From an uncultured Clostridia bacterium (lineage in GTDB: Bacteria; Bacillota; Clostridia; Oscillospirales; UBA644): 54,564 bases of DNA. The notes beneath the pieces are model-generated. The model worked only from the letters and a program-made list of their open reading frames with translations. It was not told the DNA's origin and ran no database searches. Shown one piece after another: positions 46,987-54,564 of this stretch; the stretch's first letter is position 1, and each line of letters begins with the position of its first letter. Location of the stretch: the NCBI GenBank assembly GCA_944382895.1, contig CALWNV010000003.1, positions 1 to 54,564 of the forward strand. The letters are read 5' to 3'. A program made the position numbers and the translations under genes.

Positions 46987-48386
46987 ATCACGTCACCACC
47001 GTCAAAAGGAATAAGTTTGCCGGGATTCAATATATTATCCGGATCCAAGGCTTTTTTGATCTTACGCATAAGTCTTAACCCGCTGTCTCCGAATTCATCC
47101 TTCATATAATTTATTTTGGCGACGCCTATACCGTGTTCTCCGGATAAAGTCCCTCCGAGAGACAACGCCGCCGCAAAAATATCTTTTATCGCAGCCTCTA
47201 CCTTCTCCGACTCACCGTCACGAGAAAAATCAGCAAGGATAGTCGGATGAAGATTCCCGTCTCCTGCATGCCCGAAAGTTCCTATCGGGATTCCGTATTT
47301 CTCCGAAATGGCACTTACGGCTCTGAGCATTTCGGAGACAGCGGAACGCGGAACAGTAGCATCCTCTAAAATGGTAGAAGAAGCACGTTTTATAAGCGAC
47401 GGAAGAGCCGCGCGCCGGGCAGCCCACAAACTATCACGCTCCGTATCTGTATCCGCTCTCTCCGTCCTTTCCGCACCGAACTCTTTGCATATATCGACAA
47501 TCCTTTCCGCATCCCTTACGACTTCACCTTCAAATCCGTCTACTTCAATCAATAAAACAGCCTCTGCATCAACCGGAAGTCCTGCCCCTGTCGTCTCCTC
47601 AACACAACGGATCGTAGCGTTATCCATTATCTCAAGAGTCGCAGGAATAATATGACTGCGTATGATTGCGCTTATAGCTTTCCCGGCAGATTCAAGGTCC
47701 ATAAATACCGCCATCATGCTCCTGCGTGATTCGGGCAAAGGAATAAGACGAACCGTAGCCTCGGTTATTATACCAAGAGTTCCCTCAGAAGCCACAAAAA
47801 GCTGTGTCATTGAATATCCGGTAACATTTTTTACGGTTTTCCCTCCGAATCTTGAAACGTCGCCATCAGCCGAAACAACCTCGACGCCCATTACATAGTC
47901 TCTTGTAACGCCATATTTTACACCGCGAAGCCCTCCCGCACACTCAGCAATCGAGCCTCCCATGGTCGCACAATGAACCGTCCCGGGGTCAGGCGCATAT
48001 AAAAGACCGTGTTTTTTTGCTTCATTTATAAGGTCCTCAATAACTACTCCCGCTTGTACGGTAGCAGTAAGATTATCCTCATCTATCTCAATTATCTTGT
48101 TCATCCGGCACATCGAAATAACGATTCCACCGCCTACGGGGACCGTCCCTCCGCTTAAATTAGTCCCCGCCCCTCTGGGAAATAACGGAATCTTCTCTTC
48201 CGCCGCAATTTTTACGATTTCAGCAATCTGCTCCGTGGTCTCAGGCAGAACAACAGCAAGCGGAATATACGCATCCACATTCATTGTCGCATCAAAAGAA
48301 TAGCAAACAAGATCTTCATATTCCGTAAGTACGTTCTCCGCGCCCAATATCGCTTCAAGACGTTCTTTAAGCAGTTCAACAGTCAT
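46983..48386 (-). CDS. FAD-linked 2-hydroxyacid dehydrogenase (GlcD/LctD/D-lactate dehydrogenase family)
   Basis: PRGAGTNLSGG, PDPG, GGLRGVKYG, SEGTLG, EDATVP, GHAGDGNLHP, SGEHGIG, LNPGK. Start moved to ATG 48386. Confidence 0.92.
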   Translation of the reverse strand: MTVELLKERLEAILGAENVLTEYEDLVCYSFDATMNVDAYIPLAVVLPETTEQIAEIVKIAAEEKIPLFPRGAGTNLSGGTVPVGGGIVISMCRMNKIIEIDEDNLTATVQAGVVIEDLINEAKKHGLLYAPDPGTVHCATMGGSIAECAGGLRGVKYGVTRDYVMGVEVVSADGDVSRFGGKTVKNVTGYSMTQLFVASEGTLGIITEATVRLIPLPESRRSMMAVFMDLESAGKAISAIIRSHIIPATLEIMDNATIRCVEETTGAGLPVDAEAVLLIEVDGFEGEVVRDAERIVDICKEFGAERTERADTDTERDSLWAARRAALPSLIKRASSTILEDATVPRSAVSEMLRAVSAISEKYGIPIGTFGHAGDGNLHPTILADFSRDGESEKVEAAIKDIFAAALSLGGTLSGEHGIGVAKINYMKDEFGDSGLRLMRKIKKALDPDNILNPGKLIPFDGGDVI

Positions 48387-48442
48387 AAATCCCCCGCCTT
48401 TCATTTAATAAATCAGTATAAATTTATCGAAATATTCCATAT

Positions 48443-48488
48443 TTGATATATTGATATATATTTTACAACATATTTCATCCTGTGTCAA
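48443..48488 (-). promoter_or_regulatory. Sigma-A promoter of the dehydrogenase-Hdr-hydrogenase operon with a tandem repeat at the start site
   Basis: TTGACA (48483-48488)-17 bp-TAAAAT (48460-48465); direct repeat TTGATATA-TTGATATA at 48443-48458. Confidence 0.65.
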
Positions 48489-48709
48489 CACTTACCGAAA
48501 ACATTTTATGTTTTTCGCGTACAAAAACGTGATCGCTTTTTTATAGAAAATATATAAAACCTCTGGAATATATTTATGCAGCATCGGTTCAAAAAAACCC
48601 CTGTCTAAGCAAATATAATCATCTTCTGAAGAAAGGATTTTCAAATAAAAAGAAATTCTGTTTTTTGATTTTTTGATATAATCAAAATTCAAACAAATAA
48701 TTTCCGAAT

Positions 48710-48754
48710 AAAAATGCCCTGATTCAGGAATTTATCATAAATCAGGACATTTTT
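48710..48754 (-). terminator. Terminator after the second histidine kinase
   Basis: AAAATGCCCTGATT...AATCAGGACATTTT; the single mismatch becomes a G-U pair in the minus-strand RNA. Confidence 0.7.
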
Positions 48755-48801
48755 CTCAATATTCGATTTTTATCTTTCCGTATCTGTATCTCCAATCAAA
48801 A

Positions 48802-50280
48802 TCAAGATTTATTTTTTTTATAATCGGTTTCAGGTCCGTCTTCGGTACGCGGAAGCGCAATTACAAAAACTGCCCCGGTTTTCCCCATATCTTCCCCGTC
48901 TATCCCGAACGGTTTATTATATGCGTATATTTTACCTTTATGCCCCTCGATGACCGCTTTCGCTATTGCAAGACCAAGACCGTGTTTTCCTTTTTTCCCT
49001 TTATAAAAACGTTCAAAAACATGCGGCAGTTCTTCAGGATCAATTCCCGGCCCGTCATCAGAAACTACAATGAAAATATTTTGAGAAGAAACACCAAGCC
49101 TAACGACGACCTCACTTCGCGCAAAACGCAGACAATTTGAAAGTATATTCGTGATAGCTACTGTAAGATTCTCTCCGTCAGCAAAAATAGTTTCATTATG
49201 GAAATTAACTTTCCTAAGTTTTATATTCCCAGCAACCGCGATTCCCATAACACGATCAAACGCCTCATCCGTAATTTCCTGAATATTAACTTTACCGAAC
49301 CTGAGCATCCCGTAGGCAGTTTCGATCTTTGAAAGATACATAACGTCATTTATAAGCTTTTCAAGTCTGGAAACCTGAGCGAGTATAACATCGAGATTTT
49401 CATTTGTGTCCTCAAAAACCCCATCTTTTATACCTTCTACATAACCTCGCACGGACATCAACGGCGTACGAAGCTCATGAGAGGCGTTTTGCAAAAATAC
49501 TTTTTGATTCATGTCATATTCCTGTATGCTTTTTGCCATTTCGTCAATAGAGCAAGCAAGCTCACCGATTTCGTCTGTGGCATTTATAGGCACATCGACG
49601 TCAAAACGTCTGTTGGCAAGGAGATTTGCCCGTACTTTGAGCTTTTTGATATTCGCAGTTATGGTTTTCGCCATAAGCGTAGCTATCAATATCCCGAGAA
49701 CGGACGCAACAAGAATAGCAAAGAAATAAAGCCCTAAAGGCGTAGAAGCAAAGGAATAATTTGAAAGAGGCGCGAGAAGGACAAGATAGCCCACCGCATA
49801 TCCGTTAACACTCATACATTGCGTACACATAATCATCGTGCGGTTTTCTATCTTGATAAGCTTGGTACCGTCTTCCGAAACAAACGGAGCGAGCGCGTCA
49901 GGAGCCTGATCCTTGATGTTTGAAAATACACGTTTGAGCGCTCCTGCGTCACGGCTGTCAACATATTCTCCGTTTTCATCCAGAACAACTATGGAATAAT
50001 TACTGTCCGCTACCATTTCAAACATCGCGTCCATTGTATAATCATATCCGACAAAGTTGAGATAATACCCTGCAAGCTTTTCCGTTTTGCTCAAAAGGTC
50101 CCGCTGCACGGCCTGTACCACATAGTCTTCCAGAAAAAAAGAAACGAAACCGAGCGAAAGACCTCCTATAGTTACGATAAGAAACATAAAAATAAGTGTC
50201 AATTTCGCCTGAATCCCAAAATGAGGAATATGTTTTTTTACCCGCGCTTTTATTTTTGACAAAACACCGTTTTTACTCAA
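48802..50280 (-). CDS. Membrane sensor histidine kinase (HAMP, HisKA, HATPase)
   Basis: Two TM segments, ASHELRTP, NILSNCLRFA, DDGPG, FERFYKG, GLGLAI. Confidence 0.93.
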   Translation of the reverse strand: MSKNGVLSKIKARVKKHIPHFGIQAKLTLIFMFLIVTIGGLSLGFVSFFLEDYVVQAVQRDLLSKTEKLAGYYLNFVGYDYTMDAMFEMVADSNYSIVVLDENGEYVDSRDAGALKRVFSNIKDQAPDALAPFVSEDGTKLIKIENRTMIMCTQCMSVNGYAVGYLVLLAPLSNYSFASTPLGLYFFAILVASVLGILIATLMAKTITANIKKLKVRANLLANRRFDVDVPINATDEIGELACSIDEMAKSIQEYDMNQKVFLQNASHELRTPLMSVRGYVEGIKDGVFEDTNENLDVILAQVSRLEKLINDVMYLSKIETAYGMLRFGKVNIQEITDEAFDRVMGIAVAGNIKLRKVNFHNETIFADGENLTVAITNILSNCLRFARSEVVVRLGVSSQNIFIVVSDDGPGIDPEELPHVFERFYKGKKGKHGLGLAIAKAVIEGHKGKIYAYNKPFGIDGEDMGKTGAVFVIALPRTEDGPETDYKKNKS

Positions 50281-50980
50281 CTTTATCAGTCACCTTATAT
50301 CCATAACCCCAGACAGTTTCTATCCCAAAATCCATATTCGCCGCATCAAGTTTTTTTCTTATCCTTTTGACAAGGTCATCTACCGCTCTCGTATCACCTA
50401 CATACTGGTAATCCCAAATGTTTTTCAAAAGCTGATCTCTTGTAAAAACCCTGTTTTTATTTGTCACCATAAAATACAAAAAATCATATTCCATTGCAGT
50501 AAAATGTATCTCCGTTTCTCCGGAAGATTCTACTTTTACCACTTTTCTCTCAACCGGATATATCTTTATATCACGGCAGTTAGGTAAAGCGCCGGATTCC
50601 TTTTCCTTCATCATTCCGTCAACACGACGGAAAACAGCTTTCACTCTGGCAACCAGTTCTCTGGGAGAAAAGGGTTTCATCATATAATCATCAGCACCCA
50701 TTTCTATGCCGAGTATCCTGTCTAATTCCTCATCTCTCGCAGAAACGATTATAATCGGTGTATTTGCTTTTTTACGTATCTCGTTACAAAGTTCAAACCC
50801 GGACATACCGGGCATCATAATATCTATAACAAGCATGTCCGGCATCTCAGGAGAAAAAGCTTTAAGCGCATCTTCTCCGTTTTCGAACTCTTTAACGACA
50901 TATCCCTCTTTTTCCATATAAGAGCGGACTATCTGACGTATGTTTGTTTCATCATCCACAACAAATATTTTTTTAGGCAT
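50273..50980 (-). CDS. OmpR/PhoB-family response regulator
   Basis: VIDIMMP, GADDYMMKPF, RAVDDLVKRIR, TVWGYGY. Confidence 0.95.
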   Translation of the reverse strand: MPKKIFVVDDETNIRQIVRSYMEKEGYVVKEFENGEDALKAFSPEMPDMLVIDIMMPGMSGFELCNEIRKKANTPIIIVSARDEELDRILGIEMGADDYMMKPFSPRELVARVKAVFRRVDGMMKEKESGALPNCRDIKIYPVERKVVKVESSGETEIHFTAMEYDFLYFMVTNKNRVFTRDQLLKNIWDYQYVGDTRAVDDLVKRIRKKLDAANMDFGIETVWGYGYKVTDKVE

Positions 50981-51070
50981 ATAGATCCTCCTAAATTTTA
51001 TAGTAGTATTATAACATATATTTTTGGAAAAAAAAAGGGTTAATAAGAAAATTATTTAGGTCCTATCATA

Positions 51071-51105
51071 AAAAAGAAAAAAAGCGGCCGCTTCATGCAA
51101 CCGCT
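51071..51105 (-). terminator. Terminator after sleB
   Basis: Minus strand AGCGGTTGC-ATGAA-GCGGCCGCT (two G-U pairs) followed by a long T-tract. Confidence 0.7.
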
Positions 51106-51124
51106 GATCAATAATGATTTAAGT

Positions 51125-51805
51125 TTATTTTCCGGTCGAAAAAACGTGATTTCCGATTACTGCAGTCCTTGGCAAAGAATGCATCCATGCGTTAGAAGTC
51201 TTTGCCGGGTTAAAAAAGTAAATACTGCCGCCTGTAGGATCCCATCCGTTCATGGCAGCCTCAGCGGCTTTATAACAACTGCTTGAGACCGGCTGATACC
51301 AGTTGGAACTGTTTACGCTTGAAAAAGCACCTGACTGATATATGACCCCCGACATAGTATTCGGGAACGAAGGGTGCTTTACACGATTTAATACGACCGC
51401 TCCAACGGCAACCTGCCCAACATAAGGCTCCCCTCGCGCCTCAGCCGAAATAAGTCTTGCAAGAAGATTTATTTCATTTTGTCTGTTTGATGAAGAAGAA
51501 GTCATATATATACCCATTGCCGCAAGAGTTTTCGGTCCGGCGATCCCATCGGCGGTAAGCCCGTTCTTCTTCTGGAATTTTATTACCGCATTTTTGGTAA
51601 GCGTACCATAAATACCATCTATGTTTCCATCATAGTACCCCCACCGTTTCAGTCGTGTCTGAATCTCAGTAACCTCAGCTCCGCGCGAACCGTATTTTGA
51701 CAAAACACTTATAGACTCTTCGTCATAAAACATAATGGAAATAACAGAAAAAACCGCTGCCAATATAACCAACACCGAAATAAATTTCCTGACTTTTTTT
51801 CTCAT
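51125..51805 (-). CDS. sleB: Spore cortex-lytic enzyme SleB
   Basis: Signal/TM segment, peptidoglycan-binding domain (GSRGAEV..IQ.RL, DGIYG, FQKKNGL.ADGIAG), catalytic LARLISAEARGEPYVGQVAVGAVVLNR. Start ATG 51805 by RBS. Confidence 0.92.
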   Translation of the reverse strand: MRKKVRKFISVLVILAAVFSVISIMFYDEESISVLSKYGSRGAEVTEIQTRLKRWGYYDGNIDGIYGTLTKNAVIKFQKKNGLTADGIAGPKTLAAMGIYMTSSSSNRQNEINLLARLISAEARGEPYVGQVAVGAVVLNRVKHPSFPNTMSGVIYQSGAFSSVNSSNWYQPVSSSCYKAAEAAMNGWDPTGGSIYFFNPAKTSNAWMHSLPRTAVIGNHVFSTGK

Positions 51806-51849
51806 ACGCATTCTCCGTATAATTTTATATTTAGCCTGTCCTTTACATA

Positions 51850-51878
51850 CATTTTTCCTCATAAACCCCTGTTTATAC
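51850..51878 (-). promoter_or_regulatory. Possible forespore (sigma-F/G type) promoter of sleB
   Basis: GTATA-15 bp-GGAAAAATG resembles the sigma-F consensus. Confidence 0.3.
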
Positions 51879-52035
51879 CGACAATATGCAAAAAAATACC
51901 ACGACATACTTGTATTCGATGTAAATATAAATGACAAAATACATTGCGTTTTGACGAAATATTATTTTTACCCTCTTGCAATTTTTGTAAAAATAGTGTA
52001 ATATATATACATTACATAAAAAGGTGTGTATTTGG

Positions 52036-54381
52036 ATGGAGGAAGCTTCAGCAATACGAAAAAAAATACTTGAAGATGAATACTCGCTTCTTAACCCGGA
52101 ACAAAAAAAAGCAGTTTTTGCAACAGGTTCACCGCTTTTGATCCTTGCCGGAGCGGGAAGCGGAAAAACAACTGTAATAATAAATAAAATAAGTTATCTT
52201 CTTAAATACGGGCATGCGTATGAACTCAGCGAAAAAAACACAGAGCTTTCACAAAATGATATTTTATTTCTAAAAAAATGCCTTGAAAATAAAGAACTCC
52301 GAACAGGAGAAAAATATTTTTCTTTGATGAACTCAAAACCGTACCGTCCGGAAAATATTTTAGCTATCACTTTTACGAATAAAGCAGCAGAAGAAATGCG
52401 CGAACGTGCTGAAAGGCTTTCAGGTATCTCTGTTTCGGGCCTTTGGGCGCTGACATTTCATTCAACATGTGTCAGACTTCTGCGTTCGTATATAAATCTT
52501 CTCGGAAAGTCTAATTCATTCACTATATATGATGAACAAGACAGTATCCGTCTTCTTGAAAAAATAATCAAAGATAACGGGCTTTCGGAAAAATACGCAG
52601 CAAAAACGGTAAAAAAAATAATATCTAAAGCCAAAACATCCTATTGCCCGCCCGATAAATTTGACGATAGATTCCGAGAGCCTCTGATGCCCAAACTATC
52701 GTTTATATACGAAAAATACCAGCAAGAACTTGACGAATCCGACGCTCTTGATTTTGATGACCTTATATTTTTCACGGTAAAACTGCTTGAAGACTTCAAT
52801 GATGTGCGTGAAAGAATCCATAAAAGATTCCGATATGTCCTCGTCGATGAATACCAGGACACAAATCCTCTTCAATACAGGCTTATATCCCTGCTTTGTC
52901 ATGACGGAAACATCTGCGTCGTAGGTGACGATGACCAAAGTATATACAGATTCATGGGTGCGTCGATCGAGAATATTTTAAGCTTTGAGCATCAGTTTGA
53001 AAATGCCGTAATAATAAGGCTTGAACAGAATTACCGTTCAACCCAAACTATTCTCGACGCCGCAAATGAAGTTATATCCCATAATACCGAAAGAAAAGGC
53101 AAGAATCTCTGGACAGCTAACGGAGAAGGGGCGAAGATCAAATATTATAATCTTTCATCTCAATATGAGGAAGCGGATTGTATCGCGGGGCAGATACTGA
53201 AAGGAATATCAAACAGAGGACTAAAATACAATGATTTCTGCGTGCTGTACCGCACTCACTCTCAATCTAACGCCATTGAGCTTGCATTAAAAGGTAACGG
53301 TATCCCGTATCGGATTTTCGGGGGGCTCGCATTCTTAAAACGCAAAGAAATCCAAGATGTCTTAGCATATATGAACGTTATCAGAAACCCAAACGATAAA
53401 ACACGTCTGATACGTATCATAAACGAACCCAAGCGCGGTATAGGCGAAGCCACACTTGCAAAAATCGACGAACTTGCATCGCTGAACAGTATGAGGTTCT
53501 TTGATATAATAAAAAAAGCTTCGGAATTTCCGGAGCTTCAGAAAGTACGTGACAGGTTGCTGCGTTTTGCGCGGATAATAGAAGATCTACGCATAAAAAG
53601 CGAATACATGAAAGTTTCTGAACTTTATGAATACATGCTTGAAGCTGTCGGGTACAATCATATGCTCAGCGAATATGATTTGCGCGAACGCACTCAAAGG
53701 ATGGAAAACCTCGGTGAGCTTATGAACACTATCGTCACTTTTGAGAAAAACTCGGACGAACCTACCCTTCAGCATTATCTTGAAGAAACCGCCCTCACCA
53801 GTGACATTGACAATTTGGATGACAATGACGACGCCGTTGTACTCATGACAATGCACTGTTCAAAAGGTCTTGAATATAACACAGTATTCATTACCGGCTT
53901 TGAGGAAGGGCTGTTCCCGGCGGCAAATTCGATAAACGAACCGCACGGGATTGAGGAAGAGCGCAGACTATGTTATGTCGCTATAACACGGGCAAAAAAC
54001 AACTTATATATCCTTTCCGCCCGCTCACGCATGATATACGGAACGATAAGACCCTCATTTCCCTCGCGGTTTTTGAAAGAAATACCGCAGGATATTCTTG
54101 AGGTAATAAAAAAACAACCTCACGGAAAACCTTTACCGGAGCGCCCTGTAAGCAAGAAAAAACATATTTCAGTCCTTTCAGGAGCCGGACCGGCGGCAGA
54201 GAAAGAAGAAAAAGAAAAAGTACAATATCTATCCGGTATGAGAGTGCGCCATCAGGTTTTCGGAGAAGGGACCGTCACATCCGTTACCGAGATGTCTTCG
54301 GACACACTTCTCACAGTAGATTTTGAAAAAGTAGGCGTCAAAAAACTCATGGCCAACTTTGCAAAAATGGAAATAATTTAA
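52036..54381 (+). CDS. pcrA: ATP-dependent DNA helicase PcrA/UvrD
   Basis: AGAGSGKT, TFTNKAA, VDEYQD, GDDDQSIY, QNYRST, HCSKGLE, EERRLCYVAITRA, C-terminal Tudor-like domain (RVRHQVFGEG). Start ATG 52036. Confidence 0.95.
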   Translation: MEEASAIRKKILEDEYSLLNPEQKKAVFATGSPLLILAGAGSGKTTVIINKISYLLKYGHAYELSEKNTELSQNDILFLKKCLENKELRTGEKYFSLMNSKPYRPENILAITFTNKAAEEMRERAERLSGISVSGLWALTFHSTCVRLLRSYINLLGKSNSFTIYDEQDSIRLLEKIIKDNGLSEKYAAKTVKKIISKAKTSYCPPDKFDDRFREPLMPKLSFIYEKYQQELDESDALDFDDLIFFTVKLLEDFNDVRERIHKRFRYVLVDEYQDTNPLQYRLISLLCHDGNICVVGDDDQSIYRFMGASIENILSFEHQFENAVIIRLEQNYRSTQTILDAANEVISHNTERKGKNLWTANGEGAKIKYYNLSSQYEEADCIAGQILKGISNRGLKYNDFCVLYRTHSQSNAIELALKGNGIPYRIFGGLAFLKRKEIQDVLAYMNVIRNPNDKTRLIRIINEPKRGIGEATLAKIDELASLNSMRFFDIIKKASEFPELQKVRDRLLRFARIIEDLRIKSEYMKVSELYEYMLEAVGYNHMLSEYDLRERTQRMENLGELMNTIVTFEKNSDEPTLQHYLEETALTSDIDNLDDNDDAVVLMTMHCSKGLEYNTVFITGFEEGLFPAANSINEPHGIEEERRLCYVAITRAKNNLYILSARSRMIYGTIRPSFPSRFLKEIPQDILEVIKKQPHGKPLPERPVSKKKHISVLSGAGPAAEKEEKEKVQYLSGMRVRHQVFGEGTVTSVTEMSSDTLLTVDFEKVGVKKLMANFAKMEII

Positions 54382-54400
54382 AAGAGTTAAAGGAGCCGTT

Positions 54401-54564
54401 ATGGAACTTTTCCTTATATCTGCGGCAATATGTCTTCTTTTAGTCATATGTGCGCTCTGTATCGCGCTTTTCATCAAAACAGGCAGACAAAACAGCCGTG
54501 AAGATCTTGACAGAATGTCTCGGAACATTTCAGCAAGTATAAACGACAATATGAGAACACTGGA
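54401..54564 (+). CDS. Partial ORF running off the window; N-terminal membrane anchor (possibly RmuC-like)
   Basis: AAAGGAG RBS, then MELFLISAAICLLLVICALCIALFIKTGRQNSREDLDRMSRNISASINDNMRTL with no stop. The family assignment is a guess. Confidence 0.55.
   Translation, partial: MELFLISAAICLLLVICALCIALFIKTGRQNSREDLDRMSRNISASINDNMRTL

Noticed and set aside
48492-48692. 66-aa ORF upstream of the dehydrogenase operon as a leader peptide or regulator
   Set aside because: TTG start without a clear RBS, AT-rich, no recognisable motif, and it lies upstream of the predicted promoter.
37031-48800. Redox operon as a recently acquired genomic island
   Set aside because: No flanking direct repeats, tRNA or mobility genes were seen, and I could not compute compositional differences reliably.
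1-54564. Numerous 60-214 aa ORFs antisense or out of frame to the main genes (e.g. 7658-8260, 16090-16734, 22316-22885)
   Set aside because: They are nested in well-supported genes and lack recognisable motifs, so they are shadow ORFs.
1-54564. CRISPR arrays, tRNA/rRNA, riboswitches, IS or prophage elements
   Set aside because: No regularly spaced repeats, structured-RNA signatures, transposases or integrases were seen by eye. An Infernal/Rfam scan of the gaps at 25135-25419, 27290-27553 and 48490-48800 would be needed to exclude small RNAs.

Overview
A gene-dense, AT-rich chromosomal segment, most likely from an anaerobic spore-forming Clostridia-type bacterium (ylbJ and sleB sporulation genes, helD, pcrA, sigma-A-type promoters, GGAGG ribosome-binding sites). 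I saw no rRNA, tRNA, CRISPR array, transposase, integrase or phage genes. Most of the window is housekeeping, transport and regulatory genes: pyrB, metH, pfkA, rsmE, ABC exporters, two OmpR-family two-component systems, and TetR, MarR and LysR regulators. The standout is a 9-gene minus-strand operon (37217-48386). It encodes an FAD 2-hydroxyacid dehydrogenase (GlcD/LctD-like), two paralogous HdrD-like CCG proteins flanking a GcvH-like lipoyl carrier, HdrA, an MvhD-[FeFe]-hydrogenase fusion, and a dedicated LipS2 / lipoate ligase / LipS1 lipoylation set. My inference is a lipoyl-disulfide-mediated, HdrA-based electron-bifurcating link between H2 and a 2-oxo/2-hydroxy-acid couple. A second candidate is an atypical glycyl-radical enzyme (GCWE Cys loop) plus activase, placed directly downstream of a PyrB that carries a fused PyrI-type zinc domain. 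All calls come from motif reading by eye; no database searches were run. Several start codons were moved from the ORF track to the codon best supported by an RBS.
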